Virus record (IMG/VR): IMGVR_UViG_2518645549_000001
Coordinates: 1 to 64,000 of that record
DNA length: 64,000 nt
Strand: one strand, 5' to 3'
Source: a virus
Taxonomy: Duplodnaviria > Caudoviricetes
Positions 8,893-17,803 of this stretch are shown here, one piece after another (the stretch's first letter is position 1; each line of letters begins with the position of its first letter). The notes beneath the pieces are model-generated. The model had not been told where the DNA came from and did no database searches. It saw only the letters and a program-made list of their open reading frames with translations. The position numbers were made by a program, and so were the translations under genes.

Positions 8893-9654
8893 TCAGGCGG
8901 CTTTCGCTTCGGCCTGCTGAGCGACGATCGCCTTGGCGGCGTGGTTGATCAGGTACAGCCGATTGATCAGGCTGTCCCGAGGCTTGTCGATGGTGATCTC
9001 CCAGTAGTCGCAGCCCAGGCCAAGCACTTCGTGGTGCTCGCTCATGAGCATGCTGGCCTGTTCGACGCATTCGACGTGGTTGGCTTCGTACAGGCGATCA
9101 TTCAGGGCGTCCCAGAAGTCGTGCCCGTCTTCGCCGTACTCGAACGCTGCGAGCCGATCCTTGACCAGGCTGCGCAACTCATCCCACCGGCCTGCTTCAC
9201 CGGCACCGCCGTCATTCCGCATCCACTCGGGCAGGGCGGCGTACAGCTCGTCGTCATGGGTGTTTTCACAGATCTGGCTGCAGACGCCGGTTACCAGTGC
9301 TGCGCGGAAAGCTTCCTCATCGAACTCGCGCTCACGGCAATGCTCTTCGAGCTTCGAATGGATGTAGTAGCCGATGTCGTTCCCGGCCAGGAACTCGATG
9401 CCGTAGGACAGGCCAACGTTGAATGTCAGGCCATTGATGTCGCCGACGATGGCTATGCCGAAGCGGGTGATCAGGATGTCAAAGGCGTAACAGGTGGTGC
9501 CAGGGGCGTTGCAGCGCCATACCTTCAGCTGATCGGTGTCAGCCAGCACGGTGTATTCGTGGTCCTTCAGGCACTCGGCGGCGCGCTCCCGGCGATTCGC
9601 TTCTTCGGCTTTGCGCTGGGCGATCCATTCCTGGTGGCGTTGTTCGTCGTTCAT
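8893..9654 (-). CDS. Phage hypothetical protein
   Basis: 253 aa ORF with GGAG RBS, bracketed by linker repeats. Confidence 0.75.
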   Translation of the reverse strand: MNDEQRHQEWIAQRKAEEANRRERAAECLKDHEYTVLADTDQLKVWRCNAPGTTCYAFDILITRFGIAIVGDINGLTFNVGLSYGIEFLAGNDIGYYIHSKLEEHCREREFDEEAFRAALVTGVCSQICENTHDDELYAALPEWMRNDGGAGEAGRWDELRSLVKDRLAAFEYGEDGHDFWDALNDRLYEANHVECVEQASMLMSEHHEVLGLGCDYWEITIDKPRDSLINRLYLINHAAKAIVAQQAEAKAA

Positions 9655-9759
9655 GGCTTTCTCCATGCATGCGCCGCCCTCCGTGGCCGGATGCGGCATG
9701 GTGGCAAATTAGAAATTTATGGGGTAATTAGAGCTCTCCACCTTTTGAGGAAGAGAGAG

Positions 9760-10050
9760 ATGGCTGAATTGCTAGAGGACGTGGTCGGCGTAAATCAGGC
9801 CGGCCAGGTCTGTCATCCGTACAAGCTCACCCGCGGTAACAAGGCTGGCCAATACAGCTACACGCTTGAGACAGACAACAACCTCAACTACATCGGTGTA
9901 GACGAGGCTGGTCTGCGCTCATTGATTGAATCAGGTGCATTCAACGAAAAGGGCCGTATTCGCATGCTGCCTGCTGGCTGCCCGGCGGGCGCAGTCGGAA
10001 ACGCTTTGTCAGTCCGCCGCTACCAGGGAAAGCTGTTGCCGATTCGCTGA
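9760..10050 (+). CDS. Small moron protein
   Basis: 96 aa MAELLEDVVG..., purine-rich RBS; 3' part of the 8941-10050 track ORF. Confidence 0.65.
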   Translation: MAELLEDVVGVNQAGQVCHPYKLTRGNKAGQYSYTLETDNNLNYIGVDEAGLRSLIESGAFNEKGRIRMLPAGCPAGAVGNALSVRRYQGKLLPIR

Positions 10051-10128
10051 TACTTGACATGGTGGCAATTTGGTTTTGGATGGGGTATTACGGGTGACCG
10101 GCATGGGGCCGGGTCAAAGGAGTGAGCT

Positions 10129-10446
10129 GTGAAAAAGCCTGTTGTCGACCATATTTGGGCAAAGATCTACGACCAAGACAGCCTTGGTAAATCTGCAGCA
10201 CAGACCAAGCTGGATGAAGTGAAGGCTCTTCGCTTGCGGATACATGAGTCATACGGCAGTGAGGTTGCAAATAACGTGCTGAGTCATGGCCTGATTGAGC
10301 ACGCGCTTGCGCGCTGTATTGAAATACAAGACGGAAAATCCGGGCTTGATTACGATGATCTCCAGATTTATGCGACCTTCGCGACATCTGCAATGAATCA
10401 CTCCCAGACACTCATTGACAAAGAGCTAGGCGAGCTAGGCCTGTAA
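10129..10446 (+). CDS. Small moron protein
   Basis: 105 aa, AAGGAG RBS, GTG start. Confidence 0.65.
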   Translation: MKKPVVDHIWAKIYDQDSLGKSAAQTKLDEVKALRLRIHESYGSEVANNVLSHGLIEHALARCIEIQDGKSGLDYDDLQIYATFATSAMNHSQTLIDKELGELGL

Positions 10447-10956
10447 GCGAGGGGAGAGCACCTCGTCGCCCGGATCCTGCTGAATCATCAGCATGCTCTT
10501 CCGGTCGAAGGCCAGTGCCAGACGGGGCGATATCCTGATCTCGTGCCGCGGCGGGGTGAGAAACTTCGCTGCGTGCAGCCTGCCCAGGGCGTGTATTCCA
10601 TGGATCAGCCCCTCGATCATCTGGCTGTATGTAGCATCGGCCCAGCCGCAAATCGCCCGCAGGTGCTGGCCGGTTCGCTTCCTGGCTGACAGCCGCAGCG
10701 GCTCGACCCGCGCCACATTTCGGTGACCCTCGATTTCGTGGCGCGCGATCCTGAACAAGGCGTGATGCCCCAGCGCTTCGATGTGATGAATCATCAACGT
10801 CATCGCCTCGCCCTGTTCCTCGATCCCGGCCCACTCCATCAGTTCCAGCAGGGCCTGTTTAGTCCCTGGTCGAACCTTCAAACGCAGGTCTTCTTCCTGC
10901 AGCCGTGCGGCTTTGGCGCGTCGTTTCTCGTCGCGCTCCTTGGGTGACATCGCCAT
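10435..10956 (-). CDS. Putative DNA-binding protein with tandem RHH-like repeats
   Basis: Internal duplication LRL...W...IH...ALG; paralogue at 61148-61678. Confidence 0.7.
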   Translation of the reverse strand: MAMSPKERDEKRRAKAARLQEEDLRLKVRPGTKQALLELMEWAGIEEQGEAMTLMIHHIEALGHHALFRIARHEIEGHRNVARVEPLRLSARKRTGQHLRAICGWADATYSQMIEGLIHGIHALGRLHAAKFLTPPRHEIRISPRLALAFDRKSMLMIQQDPGDEVLSPRLQA

Positions 10957-11037
10957 ACGGCACCTCCATGATTCCGCTGGGCGGGATGTGTATGTGCAGC
11001 TGGCGGCGACGCTGCTGCGTGAGCTTCTGGATGCGTC

Positions 11038-11202
11038 TCATGGTTGGCACACCTCAATGGGCGTTTTCTTCGTCGAGCCAGACGGCATAACCACCAGTAG
11101 ACGCTTGTTTCCTCGGTATACGCCCCAAGGCTGACCAGTGGATCTGGCCATGGCCGCCGCGTACTTCACGGCGGGCACAGGCTGAGACATGGTGGCGATC
11201 AT
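11038..11202 (-). CDS. Small phage protein (MIATMSQPVPAVKYAAAM...)
   Basis: 54 aa, conserved in prophage 2. Confidence 0.55.
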   Translation of the reverse strand: MIATMSQPVPAVKYAAAMARSTGQPWGVYRGNKRLLVVMPSGSTKKTPIEVCQP

Positions 11203-11205
11203 GGC

Positions 11206-11718
11206 CTACCCCCGATTCCGCTGGAGCGGGAAGTCAATGTCGAACTCGGCAATGATGCGCGCGAACCTGCAGTTACCGATGCCCAGTTCCAAAGTCACGC
11301 CCCACCGGGACTTGCCGGCATCACGCAGAGCAATGATCTTGTCGGCGAGGTCACGATCCTCCTGGCTCGGTTCGGCCTTGGCCTTCGCCGGCCTAGCCGG
11401 CTTCGGCGGGCTGAAGAACCTGAATCCTCCCTGCGCCGCTACGCCCCAGAGAGCGGTCTTGGTTTCACCCAGGAGCTTTGCAACCTCGCCACAGGTCATG
11501 GTCTTGGCGAGCTCTTCTACCTGAGCTGTGCGTGCATTGGCGCGGCTTTTACGCTCGCCGCCGCGCTCCTGCTTGACTGGGGTGACCCGCTTTGGCGTCG
11601 GCTCAGGGTGATGGCGCTGCCGGAAGGGCACGTACTGGAACCCCTCAAGCACAATGATCTGCCCGCCAGACGCGAAAAAGGCCGCTTTGGCGGCCTCCAG
11701 GTCGATTGATGGGTTCAT
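11206..11718 (-). CDS. Phage HTH-containing protein
   Basis: Two HTH-like segments; paralogue at 61928-62446. Confidence 0.7.
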   Translation of the reverse strand: MNPSIDLEAAKAAFFASGGQIIVLEGFQYVPFRQRHHPEPTPKRVTPVKQERGGERKSRANARTAQVEELAKTMTCGEVAKLLGETKTALWGVAAQGGFRFFSPPKPARPAKAKAEPSQEDRDLADKIIALRDAGKSRWGVTLELGIGNCRFARIIAEFDIDFPLQRNRG

Positions 11719-11725
11719 GCTGACC

Positions 11726-12289
11726 TCACTTGATGCGGATTGAGCTCTCGCCGCGCTCCAAATGCGCCCAGGCTGGCTCAGGTATCAGTTCGTGTTCGCA
11801 GTCTTCGCCGGCGGCCATGCGCTTGCGGACGGCTTCGTTGTGCTCGCGATCGGCCTTGAGCTTTGCGGCGATGGCGTTCTTGTCCGGCGCGATCTTGGTT
11901 TGCACTGACGTCAGGTCGTCCGGCACCGCCTGCTCGTTGTCGACGATGACCCGCTCCTTGCCGGCGACCAGACTGATGGTGAACAGCGGGCGTTTGATCG
12001 ACTTGATGTTGGCTGCATCCATGTTGCGCCGCAGGTAGTCTGTGATCGCGGTCACGCTGTTGGCCTTGATGCGCTTTAGCTCGCTCAGGCGCTCGATTTC
12101 AGCGTCGATCGCACCGATGTCACCCTCGATGTTCCGACGCAGCATGACGATGTTGTCGGCCTTGACCTCGAATTCACCCTGGATGCCGGCCATGGTGTCC
12201 TGAATGGCCTGCTTGAGGCCTTCGTCGTCGGTGTCACACATGGCTGCCAGTTCGGCCATCTGGCCGGTGAGTGCGTAGAGTTGAGTCAT
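11726..12289 (-). CDS. Siphovirus Gp157 family protein
   Basis: MTQLYAL...KADNI...IDAEIERL...PDKNAI...AHLERGESSIRIK; next to an annealase. Confidence 0.8.
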   Translation of the reverse strand: MTQLYALTGQMAELAAMCDTDDEGLKQAIQDTMAGIQGEFEVKADNIVMLRRNIEGDIGAIDAEIERLSELKRIKANSVTAITDYLRRNMDAANIKSIKRPLFTISLVAGKERVIVDNEQAVPDDLTSVQTKIAPDKNAIAAKLKADREHNEAVRKRMAAGEDCEHELIPEPAWAHLERGESSIRIK

Positions 12290-13014
12290 GCTGCAGCCTC
12301 CTGCGGATTCCCGGCTTCGAGTTTCTTCAGTTCAAGCGAGATCCGTGCGGCTCCTTTCTCGTCCTTGCGGCCGATGAGCTTGCGCACGGCATGGTCGTGG
12401 ATTTTCTTGCGTTCATGCGGCGTTACCGCCTTCTGCATGGTCTCGATCGTTTCCTTGATGAAGTCCAGGCGCTCCTGTTGCTGGCGTTCAATCTCGGCCT
12501 GGCGGTCTTCGGCCTGCTCGATCGCCTGCTCGGCCTGCAGCTGCTGCACGTAGTTCACATCGTCGAACATGCCCAGGAACACGTCAGCGCTGAAGCCGAG
12601 CATGGAGAGGGCTTTCTTGATGGCGTCGGTCAGCGACTTCTTCGGCGCCTCGCCGTCGGTGGTGGTGCCGTACTTCGACTTGTAGAGATACTGCGTGCAG
12701 CCGTACTGCTCGATCTCGCCGCGCTGGCCATCCAGAACGAACCAGAACTTGATCTTGATCGTGTGGTTCAGTTCGAAGCCGAGGCTGATGCGCTTATCGC
12801 CTTCGCCGCTGAACATCTCGGCTCCCTTGTCGAAGCGCTCTTCAACCACGTTCCAGCCGAAGCCGATGCCGGCCGGCCCGAAGACCTCAGTGGCCTTCAT
12901 GATCATGGCGGTGCCGTTTAGGCTGGTGATCTGCTGGCCGCCGACCTTGGCGTCCTTGGTGAATCGGGTGTCGGTCGTCTGGACCTTTTCCCAGATGCTC
13001 ATGTTGTTGGTCAT
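12286..13014 (-). CDS. Rad52/Sak-like single-strand annealing protein
   Basis: TEVFGPAGIGFGW and KKSLTDAIKKALSMLGFSADVFLG. Confidence 0.75.
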   Translation of the reverse strand: MTNNMSIWEKVQTTDTRFTKDAKVGGQQITSLNGTAMIMKATEVFGPAGIGFGWNVVEERFDKGAEMFSGEGDKRISLGFELNHTIKIKFWFVLDGQRGEIEQYGCTQYLYKSKYGTTTDGEAPKKSLTDAIKKALSMLGFSADVFLGMFDDVNYVQQLQAEQAIEQAEDRQAEIERQQQERLDFIKETIETMQKAVTPHERKKIHDHAVRKLIGRKDEKGAARISLELKKLEAGNPQEAAA

Positions 13015-13030
13015 TTCAGGCTCCAGCAGC

Positions 13031-13465
13031 TTACGCCGTCAGCTTCTTGATGATTGCGTCGCCGATCTGCTCCTCGATCAGGCTGCGCAGCTCCTCGCTG
13101 TTGTACCTAGCGATGAGGTCGTGCACGCGCTGGTGGATCATCGGCTTGAGTTCGTCGAGGGCCGACTGCATATGCTCGAAGCCCTTGCTCGCTGCGCGAT
13201 CCCAGGCGTTCGGCGGGCTGAACACCGTCGACGAAGACAGGTTGTTGATGACGCTGATGGCTTTGTCTTTCAGCGTGGCCACCATGTTGCCGTCGAAGTG
13301 CTGGTCTACGATCTCGCCAACCAGGTAGTAGGCCGAGTTGCTGATGATGCGCTCGAAGTCCTTCTGGGCATGGGCGGCCGCGGCATTGCTGAAGGCATCG
13401 ATCACGATCCGGCGCTTATCCGACTCGCTCAGATAGTCGTCGACGTTTATGGTTAATTCGGACAT
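13031..13465 (-). CDS. Phage hypothetical protein
   Basis: 144 aa, GAGGT RBS. Confidence 0.7.
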   Translation of the reverse strand: MSELTINVDDYLSESDKRRIVIDAFSNAAAAHAQKDFERIISNSAYYLVGEIVDQHFDGNMVATLKDKAISVINNLSSSTVFSPPNAWDRAASKGFEHMQSALDELKPMIHQRVHDLIARYNSEELRSLIEEQIGDAIIKKLTA

Positions 13466-13642
13466 TGGGATACACCTCGCGCCAGGCCGGCGCCGTCAGT
13501 TGGGATAGGGAAATGCCAGGTCACCCAGGCACGGAGGTACGCTCCAGGCCCTGGCTGCGGTGGATGGTTGCGCGCTCTCGCCGCTTACGCTCCCGCATGG
13601 GGTACGGTTATCCCGAAGGGCCGCCGTGCTCGGCTACGTGAT

Positions 13643-13759
13643 TCAGGAAGTGATGCTGCCGGCCAGTGCGCTGGCGAGCATGAAGAAGGTGCAGGCGAAG
13701 AGCATCGAGAAGGAGCCGCGCCAAGCCGCGATGCGGCGGGCCCGCTGGTAGGAGGTCAC
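13643..13759 (-). CDS. Small membrane peptide
   Basis: 38 aa MTSYQRARRIAAWRGSFSMLFACTFFMLASALAGSITS, coupled to upstream gene. Confidence 0.5.
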   Translation of the reverse strand: MTSYQRARRIAAWRGSFSMLFACTFFMLASALAGSITS

Positions 13760-13977
13760 GCCCGAACCTCGTAGCCGACCGTCCACTCCCCGCAGATGCA
13801 GGCGCGGCACTTCCAGGCAGCGGGGTTCTCGATGCTGGCCAGCGCTGCCTCATTCACCGCGGCGGCGAATGTCGGACCCTTGAACAGCATCAGCACCCGG
13901 TCCGCTGGCATGGCCAGGGCCTCGGGAAGCTCTGAGACCTGCTCTTCAATGAGCGTCGTCACCATTGGCGCGGTCAT
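13756..13977 (-). CDS. Phage hypothetical protein
   Basis: 73 aa, coupled, AGGAGG RBS. Confidence 0.65.
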   Translation of the reverse strand: MTAPMVTTLIEEQVSELPEALAMPADRVLMLFKGPTFAAAVNEAALASIENPAAWKCRACICGEWTVGYEVRA

Positions 13978-14561
13978 GATGCCTCCTGCTTGCGGTAGCC
14001 GGCGGCCCAGAGATCGCGGGCAACATCCTCATGGATCATCAGCTGTTGCATGTGGCTGGCGCCGTGAGAGCCGCCAGGGTGATCCTTCATGTGGCGGATC
14101 ATTTCATTCAGGCCGGCGACTCGCTCTGCCTCAGCCTTTTCCTCTGGCGTCGGCACCGGCCTGGCCATCTCTGCGCGGAAGACCTCGCAGCCAAGCTCTG
14201 CGCCACCATCGACAGCGATCATGTCAACGCCACGGGCGGTCTGGAATACCGCGCAGACCGTGACCTCAGCGCCAATAAATTCGGCAGATTCTTCGCGGAT
14301 AGTCCAGCCGCCGCGCTGGATCTCAACCTCAGAACCAATCGGAGGCAGGCCTTCGCCGCTCCATTGCTGAGCCCTGGCGGAAAGGCTGGATACCTTCGGG
14401 AATACGCAGCTGTCGGTGGCTTCCCTCCACATGCTGCCGTCCTCGGTATAGGCAAGGATCTGCTCGCCCTCAACCTTGTACCAAGCAGAAAAGTAGAACT
14501 CGTTTTCAACGCCAAAGTGCGTAGCGCCTTCGGGCGCCTTACTCCAATCAATCTTGCTCAC
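13974..14561 (-). CDS. Phage hypothetical protein
   Basis: IDWSKAPEGATH and WSGEGLPPIG motifs typical of lambdoid early proteins. Confidence 0.75.
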   Translation of the reverse strand: MSKIDWSKAPEGATHFGVENEFYFSAWYKVEGEQILAYTEDGSMWREATDSCVFPKVSSLSARAQQWSGEGLPPIGSEVEIQRGGWTIREESAEFIGAEVTVCAVFQTARGVDMIAVDGGAELGCEVFRAEMARPVPTPEEKAEAERVAGLNEMIRHMKDHPGGSHGASHMQQLMIHEDVARDLWAAGYRKQEAS

Positions 14562-14752
14562 GCGACCTCCTTGCGCCCATCAACGATCTTGTTGAGGCGC
14601 CCGCAGTAGTGGTTGAACTCTTCGATGGTGATGCGCTGGTCGGCCAGCATTTCGGTGAGGAGCTTGAGGACCATGGCCTGCCAGGACAGTGGCGTCTCAG
14701 GGTGAGCCATGGCCTCAAGCTCTTCGTCGATCAGGACGTGAGGGCTTTTCAT
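14558..14752 (-). CDS. Phage hypothetical protein
   Basis: 64 aa, coupled. Confidence 0.65.
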   Translation of the reverse strand: MKSPHVLIDEELEAMAHPETPLSWQAMVLKLLTEMLADQRITIEEFNHYCGRLNKIVDGRKEVA

Positions 14753-15165
14753 AGGCGCGCCTCGTCTGCCTCGTACCGCAGACCCTGCTCGGCATACTGG
14801 TCGAGCATCGACTCAGCGATCTCGTACAGCTTGCCGCGGCAGTGATCGCTCTGGCCGACAACATCCTCGACCATGCTTTTCACTGGGCCGCCGGCCTGTG
14901 CCTGGAGCAGGAGGAGGGCCAAGGCGTTGAGGTCGTCCTTCTCAGCCTCTTGCAGAGCCCGAAGGTGCTCGGCCACCTTGACCACGAACTGGTCTTGGCG
15001 GACGCCTACCGGCCCACCAAAGCGTTGCGGGATCAGCACGTCGCAGCCGCCGACCAACTCTTCGGCCTTGCTCTCGATCCAGTTCTGCGCCGCTTCCTGG
15101 TGCGCCGAGTCGTCTTCCGGCTCAGCATGGTCATACCGCCATTGTGCTGCTCGAAGTGCGCCCAT
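14749..15165 (-). CDS. Phage hypothetical protein
   Basis: AGGAGG RBS before MGALRAAQW. Confidence 0.7.
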   Translation of the reverse strand: MGALRAAQWRYDHAEPEDDSAHQEAAQNWIESKAEELVGGCDVLIPQRFGGPVGVRQDQFVVKVAEHLRALQEAEKDDLNALALLLLQAQAGGPVKSMVEDVVGQSDHCRGKLYEIAESMLDQYAEQGLRYEADEARL

Positions 15166-15595
15166 GGCGTCCTCCTGGGGGTTGTGCGGCCGCATTGGTC
15201 GGGCACCAGGCGCAGTGACCAAACTGGGCGTGAAAAGCCAGCCTGGTGCCCGCCAATGCGGTCGTATGTGAAGGGAAGGGGATGCAGAGGCCGGGCGCCA
15301 CCCCGGCAGCTGGCTTGGCGTGGACCCATCCAGCGGCGCAATTCGTTTACCCCCAGTGCGAGAGAAGGGACGTCCACAGGTGCTTCGGTAACCGCGCCCT
15401 GAGCTGGGCGCTTCTCTGCATCGGGGTGTGATCTGTCGCGTCCAAGCCAGCCGCCAGGTTTAACGCCGCGTAACCGGTTTTCATCTACCCCCGCGCTGGG
15501 GCAGCTACTTACTTGGCAGATCACACTCCGATGCAGCCTGCAATGGGGAGCAGGGCATCGGGCAGTTAACGTCAGGCTGACGTGGCGCTGGCTGT

Positions 15596-15820
15596 CTACG
15601 GAAGCGGTTTCGCAAGGGCCAAGCGATCGAAGTACTGGGCGCGATATTTGTCCCACTGCGCACGGATGCTTGGGCGATCGGCGTAGCCCTTCGAGAGGCC
15701 GAACAGCTCGCGCTGCTCTTGAATCCAGGCCTGAATGTTCACGCAGACGCCGCGAGCGCGACGGGAACGGAACTGCTCAGTGGTTTCGCCTGGCTTGCGG
15801 AACTGGTTGATGTTGCGCAT
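15596..15820 (-). CDS. Arg-rich early protein (possible N-like position)
   Basis: GGAGG RBS; 74 aa with FRSRRARG; early gene downstream of pL. Confidence 0.5.
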   Translation of the reverse strand: MRNINQFRKPGETTEQFRSRRARGVCVNIQAWIQEQRELFGLSKGYADRPSIRAQWDKYRAQYFDRLALAKPLP

Positions 15821-16487
15821 CGGTTTGCCCTCCAGGGCGGTTGATTTCCCAGATGCCACTCATCGAATGGCACCTGGTGAAATCCCGGCCTCGCTACTGG
15901 CGACAGGCCGGGGCATTGCGTGAGCGATGTGATTGCCGGTTACGTTTCCGGCGCTGGAGCCAACAGCCGATCGAATCAGGGTCGCCATTCAGGCCTTCTG
16001 GCTAACGGGGCTGGCGGCACACCAGCGCACTCCGTGACCGATATTCTCTCGTCGGTCAAAGCGCCTGGCTCTGTAGCGGCCAGGTAGGCTGTCGCGCGGC
16101 GACGGTCAGTTACTTCCACATGTCGATGCCCTCCGTTGCTCGCTCACTGGGCAGGCAGTGGCCACCTATCGAATCTGGTGTTTCTCCCATTACCGCCGGG
16201 ATGGCGGGGCGCATTGCATACCCGGGTCGTTCTCTCGGTTTAGGCGTTTCACCTTCGTCAGCCGTACAGGGTTGTCCCTGTCGTGGGCAGCCTTTCGGGG
16301 CTGTCTGATCGCCGGTCGCCGGTAGAGGCAATGCGGTCTGTTCACCAGTTCCAGAGCTGGCATGGGGATCGAATTTATTGCTCGCGCTGTACCGTTGCCG
16401 GGATCGATCCGCGAGGTTCCCATCGATGTGAAAGAGCGGTGAGGCTTTAGGGCCTCCCGAGGGACTGTGTAGCGCCTCGATGAACAA

Positions 16488-16528
16488 AATATGCACCAGT
16501 GCAAATGGAGTGTCAATGCACCAGTGCA
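16488..16528 (-). promoter_or_regulatory. pL promoter with two operators
   Basis: Minus-strand TTGACA (16516-16511), 17 bp, CATATT; TGCACCAGTGCA palindromes at 16492-16503 and 16517-16528. Confidence 0.8.
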
Positions 16529-16549
16529 TAAATTTTTCCATAGGGAATG

Positions 16550-16573
16550 AAAAGGCCCGCGCTTGGCGGGCCT
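16550..16573 (-). terminator. Intrinsic terminator after cI
   Basis: AGGCCCGC/GCGGGCCT stem with minus-strand U tract. Confidence 0.65.
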
Positions 16574-16604
16574 CTATGGGATGGTTAGAGCGTCTTGGCC
16601 TGGC

Positions 16605-17450
16605 TTAGACGGGCTGACCGTTCCAGACGTATAGCACCCGCGCCAGGATGTGCGTGTCATCCACGCGAATATCCTCGGGATCATGGTGCTTGTTGTCCGA
16701 GATCATCTTGAAGCGGTCCTTCCCTTTCTTCTGCAAGCGCTTCACGTAGAGCATCTCGTCATGGGAGAAGAGGTAGATCCCGTCGCCCGTAAACTCACGA
16801 ATGGTGATATCGACCAGGAGTGGATCGCGGTCCTTAATCGTGGGCGCCATAGACTGGCCCCATCCGGTGATCATCTTCAGGTGGTAGTGCTCTTTGAACG
16901 TGACACCCATTTCGCGAAGGTGGCGGGGGCTGACCCTGATGTCTTGCAGCATTTCTGGATAGTCGTGAGGGATCTGGCCGCCACCCATTGCTGCCCGGAC
17001 GTCATAGTGAGCGATCCATACCTCGTCGCCGACCTGGCCGGGCCTCGAAAAGTCCACGGTGACCACGTTGGACGAAGCCTGCTGCTCAGCAGATTTTTCC
17101 TCGATAGCGTCGGCGATCTTCTGCCTGGCCTCCGAAGACAGGCCTTTGCCATGCTTCGCCAGCATCTGCTTGACGATATCTGCCGTAGATAGAGTTTCAC
17201 GTCGCTCCGCCTCTGGCTCACCTTCGCCCAGCGGTTCATACCCGCGTAACTGGTCGGTGGTGATCCCAAAGAACTCGGCCAAAGGTCTGACCTGCTTGTC
17301 GGTTGGCTCCTTGATGCCTTTTGGGCCTTGGGGCTTGAGGATCCTGGAAATGGTCGACTGGCCGACGCTAGTGCGGCTCGACAGCTCAACCTGAGATATG
17401 CCGTTTTCGGCCATGAGTTGAGCGAGAATTTTGTCTATCGATTTATGCAT
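16605..17450 (-). CDS. cI: CI repressor (HTH + S24 autopeptidase)
   Basis: SQVELSSRTSVGQSTISRIL HTH; AMG cleavage-site region; GQSMAP (Ser) and YVKRL (Lys). Confidence 0.92.
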   Translation of the reverse strand: MHKSIDKILAQLMAENGISQVELSSRTSVGQSTISRILKPQGPKGIKEPTDKQVRPLAEFFGITTDQLRGYEPLGEGEPEAERRETLSTADIVKQMLAKHGKGLSSEARQKIADAIEEKSAEQQASSNVVTVDFSRPGQVGDEVWIAHYDVRAAMGGGQIPHDYPEMLQDIRVSPRHLREMGVTFKEHYHLKMITGWGQSMAPTIKDRDPLLVDITIREFTGDGIYLFSHDEMLYVKRLQKKGKDRFKMISDNKHHDPEDIRVDDTHILARVLYVWNGQPV

Positions 17451-17498
17451 AGGTGCAATGCTGCCTCCCGGCAGTGCATAGGGCAATACAGCTGAGCG

Positions 17499-17527
17499 TT
17501 GACAGATATGCACCAGTGCATGATTAT
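17499..17527 (+). promoter_or_regulatory. pR promoter with operator
   Basis: TTGACA, 17 bp, GATTAT; TGCACCAGTGCA at 17509-17520 inside the spacer. Confidence 0.8.
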
Positions 17528-17552
17528 GTGCATATCTACAAAGGAGGCAGCC

Positions 17553-17774
17553 ATGAGCGCTACCGATCTTCCGAAAAAACTGGATGAGCTGCTGGGCTCA
17601 GGCATGACCTACAAGGCCATTGCTGAACGCGCCAAGTGCGACGTCTCGACCGTTTTCCGTATTCGCAACGGCCAGATCAGCAACCCCAGCTATGTAGCTG
17701 GTACCGCTATCGACCAAATGCACGCTGAGCTGACCAAGAACGGCAAGCAAAGCCTCAAGAAATCCGCCGCTTAA
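17553..17774 (+). CDS. cro: Cro-like repressor
   Basis: AAGGAGG RBS; HTH MTYKAIAERAKCDVSTVFRIRNG; divergent from cI. Confidence 0.85.
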   Translation: MSATDLPKKLDELLGSGMTYKAIAERAKCDVSTVFRIRNGQISNPSYVAGTAIDQMHAELTKNGKQSLKKSAA

Positions 17775-17803
17775 ACACTTTTCAATCACAAGGAAATCCC
17801 TGA

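Larger units (their letters stand above)
10462..11718. repeat. About 1.26 kb near-identical direct repeat, copy 1 (copy 2 at 61184-62440)
   Basis: Same genes and intergenic DNA in both prophages. Confidence 0.9.

Noticed and set aside
8941-10050. 369 aa plus-strand ORF
   Set aside because: The 5' part is the antisense shadow of 8893-9654; only 9760-10050 has an RBS and looks real
10061-10089. Sigma-54 promoter in linker A (TGGCA)
   Set aside because: No GC at the -12 position with the required GG-N10-GC spacing
16110-16541. 143 aa ORF left of cI
   Set aside because: It starts upstream of pL and crosses the operators; more likely leader RNA, though a short 3' ORF cannot be excluded
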